A DNA stretch of 64,000 bases from an uncultured Gammaproteobacteria bacterium (GTDB lineage Bacteria; Pseudomonadota; Gammaproteobacteria; JAADHQ01). The position numbers were made by a program, and so were the translations under genes. The stretch covers positions 31,524-95,523 of the forward strand of contig CAWECS010000010.1 in the NCBI GenBank assembly GCA_963807455.1, in the 5' to 3' direction. Position 1 is the first letter of the stretch; each line of letters begins with the position of its first letter. Positions 28,507 to 37,991 of this stretch are shown here, piece by piece. The notes beneath the pieces were generated by a model that was not told where the DNA came from, searched no databases, and saw only the letters and a list, made by a program, of their open reading frames with translations.

Positions 28507-29148
28507 ATGGACTTGGCAATACAGGATACAACTTCACTCAAAGCTGACCGGCTCGCCTGTGTACGCAGTGAAATCGAGCTTTTTCGAGAATTAAGCTTTG
28601 AACTACTACCCGGTCAGCTGATCCAGATCGAGGGCGCCAACGGCTGTGGAAAAACCAGCCTGCTGCGTATTCTGTGTGGCCTGAGTCGGGCCGCCGAAGG
28701 GGAAGTATTGTGGCGCAGTCGAGAGATTGAACACTGTCGCCAGGAGTATTATGCCGAAATGACCTATGTCGGTCACAATAATGGTCTCAAAGCTAACCTG
28801 ACCTGTGAAGAGAACCTGAAAGTGTCCGCACTGCAGAATCACTTGCGAGCAGAGCATGATATTGAACAGGCGCTGGAAAAAATGGGGCTGGAAGAGCTCA
28901 TCGACGAATTTGCTGGTAAGTTATCAGCAGGCCAGCAACGGCGGCTGGCTTTAGCGCGCCTGTTATTGACCGATGCACCGCTATGGATACTCGATGAACC
29001 CTTTACAGCACTGGACCTTGCCAGCCGTGAACTGATGGAAGGTATTTTTGATCAACATTGCCAGACAGGCGGCATGATCATACTAACCACGCATCACCAC
29101 ATGACGATTCCACATACAGAAGTTAAATTACTGAAAATAAACGCATGA
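28507..29148 (+). CDS. ccmA: Cytochrome c biogenesis ATP-binding export protein CcmA
   Basis: Walker A GANGCGKTSLLR and ABC signature LSAGQQRRLALARL. Start taken at ATG 28507 by homology to CcmA N-termini. Confidence 0.85.
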   Translation: MDLAIQDTTSLKADRLACVRSEIELFRELSFELLPGQLIQIEGANGCGKTSLLRILCGLSRAAEGEVLWRSREIEHCRQEYYAEMTYVGHNNGLKANLTCEENLKVSALQNHLRAEHDIEQALEKMGLEELIDEFAGKLSAGQQRRLALARLLLTDAPLWILDEPFTALDLASRELMEGIFDQHCQTGGMIILTTHHHMTIPHTEVKLLKINA

Positions 29149-29825
29149 CCAATACCAGCACACATGCCCTGAAAACCTTGTTATGGCGTGACTTTACCCT
29201 TGCAGCCAGAAATAAATCCGAATGGATGAACCCGCTGCTGTTTTTTATTTTTGCTGCGGTACTATTTCCGTTAGGCATAGGTCCTGATACGGTGATTTTA
29301 AAACAAATAGCACCAGGCATTATTTGGGTTGTAGCCCTATTGGCGGCATTGCTATCTCTGGATACGCTATTTCGTGCAGATTACGAGGATGGCAGCCTGG
29401 AACAACTAACGCTATCGCCCTATTCATTTTCCACCTTGATACTGGGGAAGATATCAGTGCACTGGCTGTTGACCGGACTGCCGTTGATTTTACTCTCGCC
29501 TTTACTGGCCACTTTTTTTCACCTGGATGCCGCTGCAACTTTTATCCTGATGCAAACTCTATTACTTGGAACACCTGTTTTAAGTCTGGTTGGCGCAATA
29601 GGCAGTGCATTAACAGTCGGATTAAAACGTGGCAGTATGCTGATTTCACTGCTGGTATTACCATTATATGTACCGGTGTTGATATTTGGTGCCAATGCTG
29701 TTTCCGCCTCGACCGCCGGTCTTGATATTAGCGGACATTTAATGTTGATCGGCTCGTTACTGGTGCTGGCCATTACGTTGGCACCTCTGGCAACCGCAGC
29801 TGCCCTGCGCGCAAGTATAGGATAA
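29145..29825 (+). CDS. ccmB: Haem exporter protein CcmB
   Basis: 226 aa, 6 TM helices, CcmB family. ATGA overlap with ccmA. Confidence 0.85.
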   Translation: MTNTSTHALKTLLWRDFTLAARNKSEWMNPLLFFIFAAVLFPLGIGPDTVILKQIAPGIIWVVALLAALLSLDTLFRADYEDGSLEQLTLSPYSFSTLILGKISVHWLLTGLPLILLSPLLATFFHLDAAATFILMQTLLLGTPVLSLVGAIGSALTVGLKRGSMLISLLVLPLYVPVLIFGANAVSASTAGLDISGHLMLIGSLLVLAITLAPLATAAALRASIG

Positions 29826-29828
29826 GTT

Positions 29829-30569
29829 ATGTTACAAACCATTACTAAACTGGCCTCGTTAAGAAATTTTTATTTTTTCTGCGGAAAATTATTACCCTGG
29901 TTTGCCTGGCCTACATTGATTTTAATGCTTGTCGGCCTGTACTGGGGACTGGTCGAGGCACCCGCTGACTACCAGCAGAAAGATAGCTATCGCATTATCT
30001 TCATACATGTGCCGGCAGCATGGATGTCACTGTTTGTTTATATGGTGATGGCTACGTCTGCTGCCGCTTCATTGATCTGGAAGACCAAGGCATCCGAAGT
30101 GGTTGCTAATAGTTGCGCACCAGTTGGTGCTGCATTTACTTTTCTGGCGCTGGCTACTGGCTCTTTATGGGGTAAGCCCATGTGGGGTACCTGGTGGGAA
30201 TGGGATGCGCGCCTGACGTCGGAACTGGTATTGCTATTTTTATACCTGGGTTATATAGCATTGCAATCGGCCTTTGAAGACAAGCGTACAGCGGCCAGGG
30301 CTACCGCCATACTGGCCATTGTCGGTGTCGTTAACATTCCTATTATTCATTACTCGGTAGAATGGTGGTACACGCTGCATCAGGGCCCCACCGTACAGGT
30401 CATGAAAAATAAACAGGCTATGGATATCAGCATGCTGATTCCGTTGCTGATTATGGCGACCGCTTTCAAGTTTTATTTTGCTACCGTGCTATTGATGTTT
30501 AGCCGGAACGAAATCCTCGAAAGAGAGTCCCATACAAAATGGGTGCAAGAAGAGAGAGAACGATTATGA
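29829..30569 (+). CDS. ccmC: Haem exporter protein CcmC
   Basis: WWD-domain signature (GKPMWGTWWEWDARL) and conserved His. Confidence 0.9.
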   Translation: MLQTITKLASLRNFYFFCGKLLPWFAWPTLILMLVGLYWGLVEAPADYQQKDSYRIIFIHVPAAWMSLFVYMVMATSAAASLIWKTKASEVVANSCAPVGAAFTFLALATGSLWGKPMWGTWWEWDARLTSELVLLFLYLGYIALQSAFEDKRTAARATAILAIVGVVNIPIIHYSVEWWYTLHQGPTVQVMKNKQAMDISMLIPLLIMATAFKFYFATVLLMFSRNEILERESHTKWVQEERERL

Positions 30570-30733
30570 CTCTGTCAGAATTTTTTTATATGGACGGTTA
30601 CTACCTGTATGTCTGGGTCTCATATGGCCTGGCCCTGGTAGTGATGCTGGCCCTGTTTATCAACCCTATTCGACGTAAACGCCAGTTATTGAAACAACTG
30701 GGACGAAAAAAGAGACGAGGACAACGTATATGA
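30566..30733 (+). CDS. ccmD: Haem exporter protein CcmD
   Basis: About 55-aa single-TM protein (MTLSEFFYMDGYYLYVWVSYGLALVVML...). ATGA overlaps with ccmC and ccmE. Confidence 0.6.
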   Translation: MTLSEFFYMDGYYLYVWVSYGLALVVMLALFINPIRRKRQLLKQLGRKKRRGQRI

Positions 30734-31179
30734 CTCCAACGCGTAAACGCAGACTGATGGTTGTGTCCCTGATTATTCTGGGTGTTGGCACGGCCGCCGC
30801 TCTGGCACTGACTGCCTTCAATAAAAACCTGATGTTTTTCTATTCACCCAGCCAGGTTGCTGCCGGTGAGGCACCAATGAACCGATCATTCAGAGTCGGC
30901 GGCATGGTCAAGAACAACAGTCTTGTTCGTGACAAGGACGGCCTCACTGTTCGCTTTGTTGTGCATGATAACGTCAAGGAAGTCAGCATTGCCTATAAAG
31001 GTATTCTTCCGGACTTGTTCAGGGAAGGTCAGGGTATCGTGGCTCAGGGCAAGCTGAATTCCGAGAAACAATTCATTGCCGATGAAGTATTGGCCAAACA
31101 TGATGAAAATTATATGCCGCCGGAAGTCGCTGCAGCGATGAAACCTATAGGCATCGACAAAACACCCAAAGGTCAATAA
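30730..31179 (+). CDS. ccmE: Cytochrome c-type biogenesis haem chaperone CcmE
   Basis: N-terminal TM anchor and OB fold. Haem-binding His context (...FREGQGIVAQGKL...). Confidence 0.85.
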   Translation: MTPTRKRRLMVVSLIILGVGTAAALALTAFNKNLMFFYSPSQVAAGEAPMNRSFRVGGMVKNNSLVRDKDGLTVRFVVHDNVKEVSIAYKGILPDLFREGQGIVAQGKLNSEKQFIADEVLAKHDENYMPPEVAAAMKPIGIDKTPKGQ

Positions 31180-31182
31180 TCC

Positions 31183-33141
31183 ATGATTCCAGAAATTGGT
31201 CACTTCGCGCTCATTCTCGCCCTGTGTATGGCAATTACCCAGGCATTTTTCCCGATTGCAGGTGCCGCAATGGGCAAAGCCCGCTGGATGGCCATGGCCA
31301 AACCGACCGCACGCGGGCAGTTTATTTTCCTGCTGATCGCCTATATCTGTCTGACCTATGGATTTATTGTTAACGATTTTTCTATTGCTTACGTCGCTAA
31401 AAACTCCAACTCACTACTACCATTGCAATATCGGATCTCGGCGGTATGGGGTTCACACGAAGGCTCCCTGTTGCTATGGGGGTTGATCCTCGGCACCTGG
31501 ACATTGGCCGTGACTATCTTCAGTCGCCATTTGCCACAAGCTATGTTGGCGCGTGTTATTGGTGTCATGGGCCTGATCAGCATAGGCTTCCTGCTGTTCA
31601 TGTTACTGACTTCCAACCCCTTTGACAGGCTGTTACCAGCAGCGCCGGATGGCAATGACCTGAACCCACTATTACAGGACTTTGGCCTGATCATTCACCC
31701 GCCCATGTTATATATGGGCTATGTCGGTTTCTCTGTTGCTTTTGCATTTGCGATTGCGGCGCTACTAGGAGGCCAGCTGGATAGTGCCTGGGCACGCTGG
31801 TCTCGACCCTGGACAACCATGGCATGGGCCTTCCTGACGGTGGGTATCGCGCTCGGAAGTTGGTGGGCCTATTACGAACTGGGCTGGGGTGGCTGGTGGT
31901 TCTGGGACCCGGTTGAAAATGCCTCTTTCATGCCCTGGTTGGTGGGCACAGCATTAATTCATTCACTGGCGGTTGCAGAAAAACGCGGCGCCTTCAAAAG
32001 CTGGACAGTGATGTTGGCCATACTGGCTTTCTCACTGAGTTTACTGGGAACCTTCCTGGTTCGTTCCGGAGTACTCAACTCGGTGCATGCTTTTGCTACC
32101 GACCCGGCCAGGGGTGTATTTATTCTGATCTTCCTCGGTATTGTGATTGGTGGTTCGTTATTACTGTATGCATTCCGCGCCAACAGCATTCAATCGATTG
32201 GCAAATTCAGTCTGTTCTCGCGGGAAACGCTATTACTCACCAATAACGTCATTCTCGTGGTTGCCTGTGCTACCGTATTATTCGGCACTTTGTACCCCCT
32301 GTTGATTGATGCATTATTTAATGAAAAATTATCTGTGGGCCCGCCTTATTTCCAATCAGTTTTCGTGCCCTTGATGATTCCGATTCTGTTTTTGTCTGCT
32401 GTTGGCCCCATGACACGCTGGAAACAGGATAGCATTGCACGACTGGCCAATGACCTCAAATTCATGTTTGTGTTTGCACTCCTGACTGGTATCGCTGCCT
32501 ATTATATCCTCGGCGATATCTCCTGGCCGGTCGCCATGATCATCGCCCTGTTTACCTGGATGGTCGCCAGCAGTTTCTTTAATCTGTACAAGCATGTGCA
32601 AAACAAAACCAACAAACTGACTGCGCTGCTCCACGTACCACGAAGTTTTTATGGCATGTTTCTCGCGCATATTGGAGTGGCTGTTTTCATGCTTGGAGTG
32701 ACTTTTACCAGTAACTACAGTATCGAACAGGACATCCGCATGAAGCCTGGCGAAAGCCTGAGCCTGGGTGGCTATGATTTCCTTTTCAATGGCGCCACCG
32801 AAGTCATTGGTCCCAATTACCGGGCGCAGGAAGGCAATATCACTGTCACGCGCAACGGCCAACCCTATACGGAACTGAAACCACAAAAGCGCTTGTATGT
32901 AGTCCAACGCAGTCCTATGACTGAAGCGGCCATTGATGCCGGCCTGATGCGTGACCTGTTCGTGGCCATGGGTGAACCGCTGGAGAATGGCGAATGGAGT
33001 GTACGCATGCAATATAAACCGCTGATTCGCTGGATCTGGCTGGGCACATTGATCATGGCGTTGGGTGGGGTGTTGGCACTCAGTGACAAGCGCTATCGCT
33101 TGAAGCGTAAAAACGAAAAATCCGTGGTGCAAGCAACATGA
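31183..33141 (+). CDS. ccmF: Cytochrome c-type biogenesis haem lyase CcmF
   Basis: 652 aa, polytopic. WWD domain (WGGWWFWDPVEN). Confidence 0.9.
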   Translation: MIPEIGHFALILALCMAITQAFFPIAGAAMGKARWMAMAKPTARGQFIFLLIAYICLTYGFIVNDFSIAYVAKNSNSLLPLQYRISAVWGSHEGSLLLWGLILGTWTLAVTIFSRHLPQAMLARVIGVMGLISIGFLLFMLLTSNPFDRLLPAAPDGNDLNPLLQDFGLIIHPPMLYMGYVGFSVAFAFAIAALLGGQLDSAWARWSRPWTTMAWAFLTVGIALGSWWAYYELGWGGWWFWDPVENASFMPWLVGTALIHSLAVAEKRGAFKSWTVMLAILAFSLSLLGTFLVRSGVLNSVHAFATDPARGVFILIFLGIVIGGSLLLYAFRANSIQSIGKFSLFSRETLLLTNNVILVVACATVLFGTLYPLLIDALFNEKLSVGPPYFQSVFVPLMIPILFLSAVGPMTRWKQDSIARLANDLKFMFVFALLTGIAAYYILGDISWPVAMIIALFTWMVASSFFNLYKHVQNKTNKLTALLHVPRSFYGMFLAHIGVAVFMLGVTFTSNYSIEQDIRMKPGESLSLGGYDFLFNGATEVIGPNYRAQEGNITVTRNGQPYTELKPQKRLYVVQRSPMTEAAIDAGLMRDLFVAMGEPLENGEWSVRMQYKPLIRWIWLGTLIMALGGVLALSDKRYRLKRKNEKSVVQAT

Positions 33142-33671
33142 AATTACGTTCACTGATACCACTGATCGCTTTTCTGGTACTGGTTATTTTTCTCGCCATT
33201 GGACTGACACGTGATCCAAAAAAGATTCCATCGCCACTGATCGGCAAACCATCGCCGCAATTTGAATTACCCGCTGTTCTGCAACCGGGACAGAAAGTCA
33301 GTCAGAGTGATTTTCTCGGTAAGGTGGTGTTATTCAATGTCTGGGCATCATGGTGCGTTGCCTGTCGACAGGAACATCCGTTATTGGTGGAATTTGCAAA
33401 AAACCATAACACTCCCGTCTATGGCCTTAACTACAAGGATCAACGCACTGATGCGATTCGTTGGTTGCAGGCTTTCGGTAATCCTTACATCAGCAGTGCC
33501 TATGATGTCACCGGAACAGCAGGAATAGACTGGGGTGTATACGGTGTACCGGAAACTTTCCTGATCGATAAAAAAGGCATCATACGTTACAAACAAATCG
33601 GCCCGGTAACTGAAGACGTCATCAGCAATGAAATACTGCCACTCATCCGGAAACTGGAACAGGAATCATGA
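33138..33671 (+). CDS. ccmG: Thiol:disulfide interchange protein CcmG/DsbE
   Basis: Thioredoxin fold with WCVAC active site (WASWCVACRQEHP). N-terminal anchor. Confidence 0.85.
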   Translation: MKLRSLIPLIAFLVLVIFLAIGLTRDPKKIPSPLIGKPSPQFELPAVLQPGQKVSQSDFLGKVVLFNVWASWCVACRQEHPLLVEFAKNHNTPVYGLNYKDQRTDAIRWLQAFGNPYISSAYDVTGTAGIDWGVYGVPETFLIDKKGIIRYKQIGPVTEDVISNEILPLIRKLEQES

Positions 33672-34150
33672 AATCCATAAACATCGCCTTGTTAGCTTTT
33701 TTATTGTCTCTGATCTCGGTCAATGCCTATTCGGCATTCAATACCTACCAGTTTGACGATCCGATCAAGAAACAGCGCTTTGATAAATTGATCAATGAAT
33801 TACGTTGCACCGTTTGTCAGAACCAGACCATTGCCGGTTCCAATGCCGACCTCGCTAAAGATCTACGCGACAAAGTCTATAAAATGGTCAATGAAGGAAA
33901 AACAGAACAAGAGATCAAGGACTTTATGGTCGACCGTTTTACCGACTTTGTTTTATATAATCCTCCCTTGAAAGAAAGCACCTATCTGTTATGGTGGGGA
34001 CCCTTTTTTTTACTGGTGTTTGCCGTCATCATGCTGATTGTACAAATACGTAAACGCACGCAAGCACCATCCATCGACATCAACCCGCAGCAACATGAGC
34101 GCATTCAGCAACTGCTGAAGACAGAACAAAAGGATAACAACAATGATTAG
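33668..34150 (+). CDS. ccmH: Cytochrome c-type biogenesis protein CcmH
   Basis: LRCxxCQ motif (LRCTVCQNQTIAGSNADLAKDLR). C-terminal TM. Confidence 0.8.
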   Translation: MKSINIALLAFLLSLISVNAYSAFNTYQFDDPIKKQRFDKLINELRCTVCQNQTIAGSNADLAKDLRDKVYKMVNEGKTEQEIKDFMVDRFTDFVLYNPPLKESTYLLWWGPFFLLVFAVIMLIVQIRKRTQAPSIDINPQQHERIQQLLKTEQKDNNND

Positions 34151-35405
34151 CTTTTCCATCATCGCGGCCCTGATGCTGCTGGGCGCACTGATACTGATCA
34201 TCCGTCCCTTGATGCGCGCTCCCAAGGATAGTCAGGTTGAACGCCAGCAGATCAACCTGGATATCTACAAACAGCGATTGACTGAACTGGAAAATGACCT
34301 GGCCGAAGGACAGATAGAACAACACGAATATTCTGCTGCACAACAGGACCTGGAAAAACAACTTATTTTCGATATACCGGAACACAGCGCGCAAAAAAAT
34401 ATTGATGCCCGGCGCAGTCAGGGCAGCCTGATCACACTCGTGATAGCATTGCCTGCATCCGCTCTGGGGCTTTATCTCTACCTCGGCAACCCCACTGCTA
34501 TCAATCCAGACGCAACACAAACACAGGCAGCAAGCCCACATGCCGGCGCGGTCAAATCTGACAAACCAATGCCCAGCGTTACAGAAATGATTGTAAAAAT
34601 AAAACAACGCCTGCAGGAAAACCCCACAGACCCTAAAGGCTGGAACCTGCTGGCCCGTTCATACATGCACACAAAACAATTTGACAAGGCTGAACAGGCA
34701 CTGGAAAAGCTCACCGAACTGGTAACAGATGATCCTAATATATGGGCCAATTATGCTGATGTGGCTGCTGTTAACCAGCAGGGGAAACTTGATGGCAAAC
34801 CCTATGAATTTACCAAACGTGCCCTGTCACTGGAACCCAAACATCCAAAGGCACTGTGGTTGGCTGGCACATATCATTTCCAACAGCAAAGTTATGACAA
34901 GGCGATACGCTTCTGGGAAATCCTGCAGCGTCTGTTACCACCTGAGTCTAAAGATGCCGAGATGATCAATAACAGTATTGCTGATGCCCGCAAACAATTA
35001 GGTATCAGTCCTGCTGACACTCAAGCATCAATCAAACCTGCCATGCCCATGGCAGCGGCTGTCAGCATTTCCGGACAGGTGAGCCTGGCCGAACAGCTCA
35101 AGGACAAAGTAAGTCCGGATGACACTGTGTTCGTTTATGCGCGTGCAGCCAGCGGCCCACGCATGCCACTGGCCGTGGTACGCAAACAGGTCAAGGACCT
35201 GCCTTTTGAATTTACACTGGATGACAGCATGGCGATGATGCCGCAGATGAAACTATCCGGATTTGATAAGGTGGTCGTGAGTGCACGAATTTCAAAATCC
35301 GGTAATGCCATCACACAAAGTGGTGACCTGAGCAGTGACAAACTGGAAGTCTTAACAAGCAAGCATGACCCTGTTACTCTGGAAATTAATACATTAGTAC
35401 CATAA
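34143..35405 (+). CDS. ccmI: Cytochrome c-type biogenesis protein CcmI/CycH (TPR)
   Basis: N-terminal TM and coiled coil, C-terminal TPR repeats. Last gene of the ccm operon. Confidence 0.7.
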   Translation: MISFSIIAALMLLGALILIIRPLMRAPKDSQVERQQINLDIYKQRLTELENDLAEGQIEQHEYSAAQQDLEKQLIFDIPEHSAQKNIDARRSQGSLITLVIALPASALGLYLYLGNPTAINPDATQTQAASPHAGAVKSDKPMPSVTEMIVKIKQRLQENPTDPKGWNLLARSYMHTKQFDKAEQALEKLTELVTDDPNIWANYADVAAVNQQGKLDGKPYEFTKRALSLEPKHPKALWLAGTYHFQQQSYDKAIRFWEILQRLLPPESKDAEMINNSIADARKQLGISPADTQASIKPAMPMAAAVSISGQVSLAEQLKDKVSPDDTVFVYARAASGPRMPLAVVRKQVKDLPFEFTLDDSMAMMPQMKLSGFDKVVVSARISKSGNAITQSGDLSSDKLEVLTSKHDPVTLEINTLVP

Positions 35406-35422
35406 GTCTAAATTCTTCAGAC

Positions 35423-35460
35423 AAAAAAAGCCCCGTTCAATACATGCACGGGGCTTTTCA
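35423..35460. terminator. Bidirectional rho-independent terminator between ccmI (+) and the porin (-)
   Basis: aaaaaaa-GCCCCG-ttcaatacatgca-CGGGGC-tttt. An A-tract upstream and a T-tract downstream. Coordinates approximate. Confidence 0.65.
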
Positions 35461-35474
35461 AACTATCCTTGTTT

Positions 35475-36548
35475 CTAGAATTTTACATTCAAATTCGCCT
35501 GAATCCTGTATCGATCCCGATCATTGAATCTGGCATCACTTGTGCTTGCACCTAATGTTGCTGTATCCACTATTCTTTCCATGTCATAGTACCTCAAATC
35601 CAGAGCAACTCTTTTCGCTAACTGGTAATCCAGCTGCAAGCGAAAACCATCAAAGTTGGAAACACCCGTACTACCCGGGTTTGGAAAATCGTCCTGTGAA
35701 AAGGTACCATCACCCAAAGGCGCGTGCGCTTCAACATCGAAGTAATACAGTCGCAATCCCACTTTATTATTTACTTTATAACGACCTTCCAGCACATACG
35801 CTGTATCATTAGTATTGGCATCACTCTTCAAGTATTCCAAACCAAAACGCCATGGCCCTGTCCTTAGCTCACCGTTAAGCATCCAGTGGTCTTCTGCCTG
35901 AAATGTACCCGTTGGTGCATCAAGCATGGCGCCACCCAGAGCCGCCTTGAATTTCATGCCTTCTATTACGCCTGCATAAACGGCTTGATATAGGAAAACA
36001 TCCGTATCATCACCCCAGGATCCTTCATTCACCATGGCATAGGCACCATTGAGTGTCAGCGGGCCATTATTATAAACGACGGTAAAAGCATCCGGATTAA
36101 TATCTTTATCCCAGAACATTTCGCTGGATTGCCAGTAATTTAATGGCGTCTTACCTGCATGCAGTGTCAGGCTTGAATAGGGTTTATAGGCAACATAAGC
36201 CTGATCAAAACCAATGTCAGCATTTTTGGAACCATCATTTGTGCCAAAAGTAATATGCGGTGAATTTAGCGCACTGGTGCCGGTGGCCAAACGCAATACG
36301 CCTGACCATTGATCATCCACTTTGTAACTGAGGCCCAGGCGTGCCCGATAACGAAAGCGATCTCGGTCCTGGCCAACACCTGCCGAAGTGGTGCGATCAT
36401 CATATTCGGCACGCAAACGAAAATCGCCATACAGTTTTACATTGCCGTCCTTATCCAGATCGATCGCGGCTTGTGCTAGTCCTGTCGATGCCGTCATTGA
36501 CGCAATCAGGGCAACATTTATTACCGACTTGTTGTTCATGATTTTCAT
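35475..36548 (-). CDS. Outer-membrane beta-barrel porin
   Basis: Signal peptide. Alternating-polarity beta strands throughout. Terminal motif ...ANLNVKF. 357 aa. Confidence 0.6.
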   Translation of the reverse strand: MKIMNNKSVINVALIASMTASTGLAQAAIDLDKDGNVKLYGDFRLRAEYDDRTTSAGVGQDRDRFRYRARLGLSYKVDDQWSGVLRLATGTSALNSPHITFGTNDGSKNADIGFDQAYVAYKPYSSLTLHAGKTPLNYWQSSEMFWDKDINPDAFTVVYNNGPLTLNGAYAMVNEGSWGDDTDVFLYQAVYAGVIEGMKFKAALGGAMLDAPTGTFQAEDHWMLNGELRTGPWRFGLEYLKSDANTNDTAYVLEGRYKVNNKVGLRLYYFDVEAHAPLGDGTFSQDDFPNPGSTGVSNFDGFRLQLDYQLAKRVALDLRYYDMERIVDTATLGASTSDARFNDRDRYRIQANLNVKF

Positions 36549-36579
36549 AGCAAAGCCCTTCCTCTCTATTTAATAATAG

Positions 36580-37161
36580 TTATTTAAAACGTAACGCAGA
36601 CATGCTGTCATTTATTATTTCCTTTACCTTGGCATAGTCGTTATATAAAAACACAATATAGGCATCGGCATGATTGTCCTTGTGCAATGTCAGCATCAAG
36701 GCCTGACGATAGTGTGCTGAATAGCTGTCACTCACATCAAGCACCGCGGCAGCGGCCCAGCCAGCATTGAAGCGTTGCTGTGATTGCTCAGTCGGGTATT
36801 CCTTTCTGGGACTGTGACCACCATCCGATAATTGCGTGACGATCGTCTCAAACATCATATTAAACAAATGGTTTGGTTCGGGCGCATTATTATGCGGGTC
36901 TTCATAGTCGACCTTGATGCGCTTGATCGGCCTTATACTGTACCTGATCTCCATCAAATCACTAACATGACGCAGTGCATATTCATACGGCAGTACATCA
37001 TCCCTGGCGGGTGGTATTTCCTTAAACCCCGGTATCTCCGTCATTCTAAGTCCCGACTCCTGCAGTAAAGCAGCAAAGTCCAGCGTGTTTTTCGCCGCGC
37101 ATAACTGAACTGAAGAAACCAGAAAAACAAATCCGAAAAATAATTTGAATGAACTTGCCAT
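36580..37161 (-). CDS. Secreted hypothetical protein
   Basis: Start at internal ATG 37161 (MASSFKLFFGFVFLVSSVQLCAA signal peptide). The upstream extension in the track overlaps the preceding gene. Confidence 0.5.
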   Translation of the reverse strand: MASSFKLFFGFVFLVSSVQLCAAKNTLDFAALLQESGLRMTEIPGFKEIPPARDDVLPYEYALRHVSDLMEIRYSIRPIKRIKVDYEDPHNNAPEPNHLFNMMFETIVTQLSDGGHSPRKEYPTEQSQQRFNAGWAAAAVLDVSDSYSAHYRQALMLTLHKDNHADAYIVFLYNDYAKVKEIINDSMSALRFK

Positions 37162-37177
37162 CAACTCAACCAGGTAT

Positions 37178-37963
37178 TCATGATTTATCGGTCGCCTTGC
37201 CCGCCTTCCCTTGCCATTCATCCAGCAGTTTTTGTGCCGTCTGTTTCCAGGACTCGCTCTCACTCAAATCGATAAATCGTTGCAGATCGGCGATAGCCAA
37301 CGGTTTTTTATCCATCGCATCATACACTGCAGCGCGATTGAAGTAGGGTGCCGCAACGTCAGGTTGAACTTCAATACAGGCATTGAAGTCGGCCAATGCA
37401 GACTTGTATTCGCCACTGCTGAAACGGATTGCGCCACGATTGAAATGTGCCGCCACCAGGCCAGGCTCCAGTTTCAGTGCCTGCTCAAGGTCCTTCAATG
37501 CCTCTTCTATACTGCCAAAGCTGCGATAGGCCTGGGCACGATTAACATGCAACAAGGCATTATGCGGCTCAATAGCAATGGCTGCCTCCAGATCTTGCAA
37601 TGCCATGCTGGCCTTGCCTGACTCCAACAGGAGACTGGCACGCACAGAAAGCAACTCTGCATTATTGGAATATTGCTTGATCGCCTGATCGAGAACAGCA
37701 AAGGCCTCTTGCGGCCTGCCCTCCTGGTGATGTTGCAACGCAACCAGGATGTGCTTGTCCGGCATAAGCGCGGCATGTGGATCATAGGGGCCATGTGCGC
37801 CAGAGCGTTTTTTGACAGAGGTATCAGCACCCGCCATTGCCTTGCTGACATCCATGCTTGTCGATGATGCTGTCGCGGCAGCTTTATCACCCCGGTCGCA
37901 CGCCCCTATCCCGATCATAGACACTAGTAAGAACAGCAGTGTCCAGTATGTTAATCTTTGCAT
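37178..37963 (-). CDS. TPR-repeat lipoprotein
   Basis: Lipobox LVSMIGIGAC. Five or more TPR units (...AELLSVRASLLLESGKASMALQDLEAAIAIEPHNALLHVNRAQAY...). Confidence 0.7.
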   Translation of the reverse strand: MQRLTYWTLLFLLVSMIGIGACDRGDKAAATASSTSMDVSKAMAGADTSVKKRSGAHGPYDPHAALMPDKHILVALQHHQEGRPQEAFAVLDQAIKQYSNNAELLSVRASLLLESGKASMALQDLEAAIAIEPHNALLHVNRAQAYRSFGSIEEALKDLEQALKLEPGLVAAHFNRGAIRFSSGEYKSALADFNACIEVQPDVAAPYFNRAAVYDAMDKKPLAIADLQRFIDLSESESWKQTAQKLLDEWQGKAGKATDKS

Positions 37964-37991
37964 ACCATTCCTTTCTTCTGCTTTTCAGTGT

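Noticed and set aside
32356-33162. 268-aa antisense ORF within ccmF, and similar long antisense ORFs in ccmI (34080–34607), the oxidoreductase (27375–28061), napA (59516–60325), soeA (45990–46682), aprA (43223–43501) and the large cytochrome (38049–39440)
   Set aside because: They lie opposite strongly supported genes, and have Cys/His/Arg-rich or odd composition and no family similarity.
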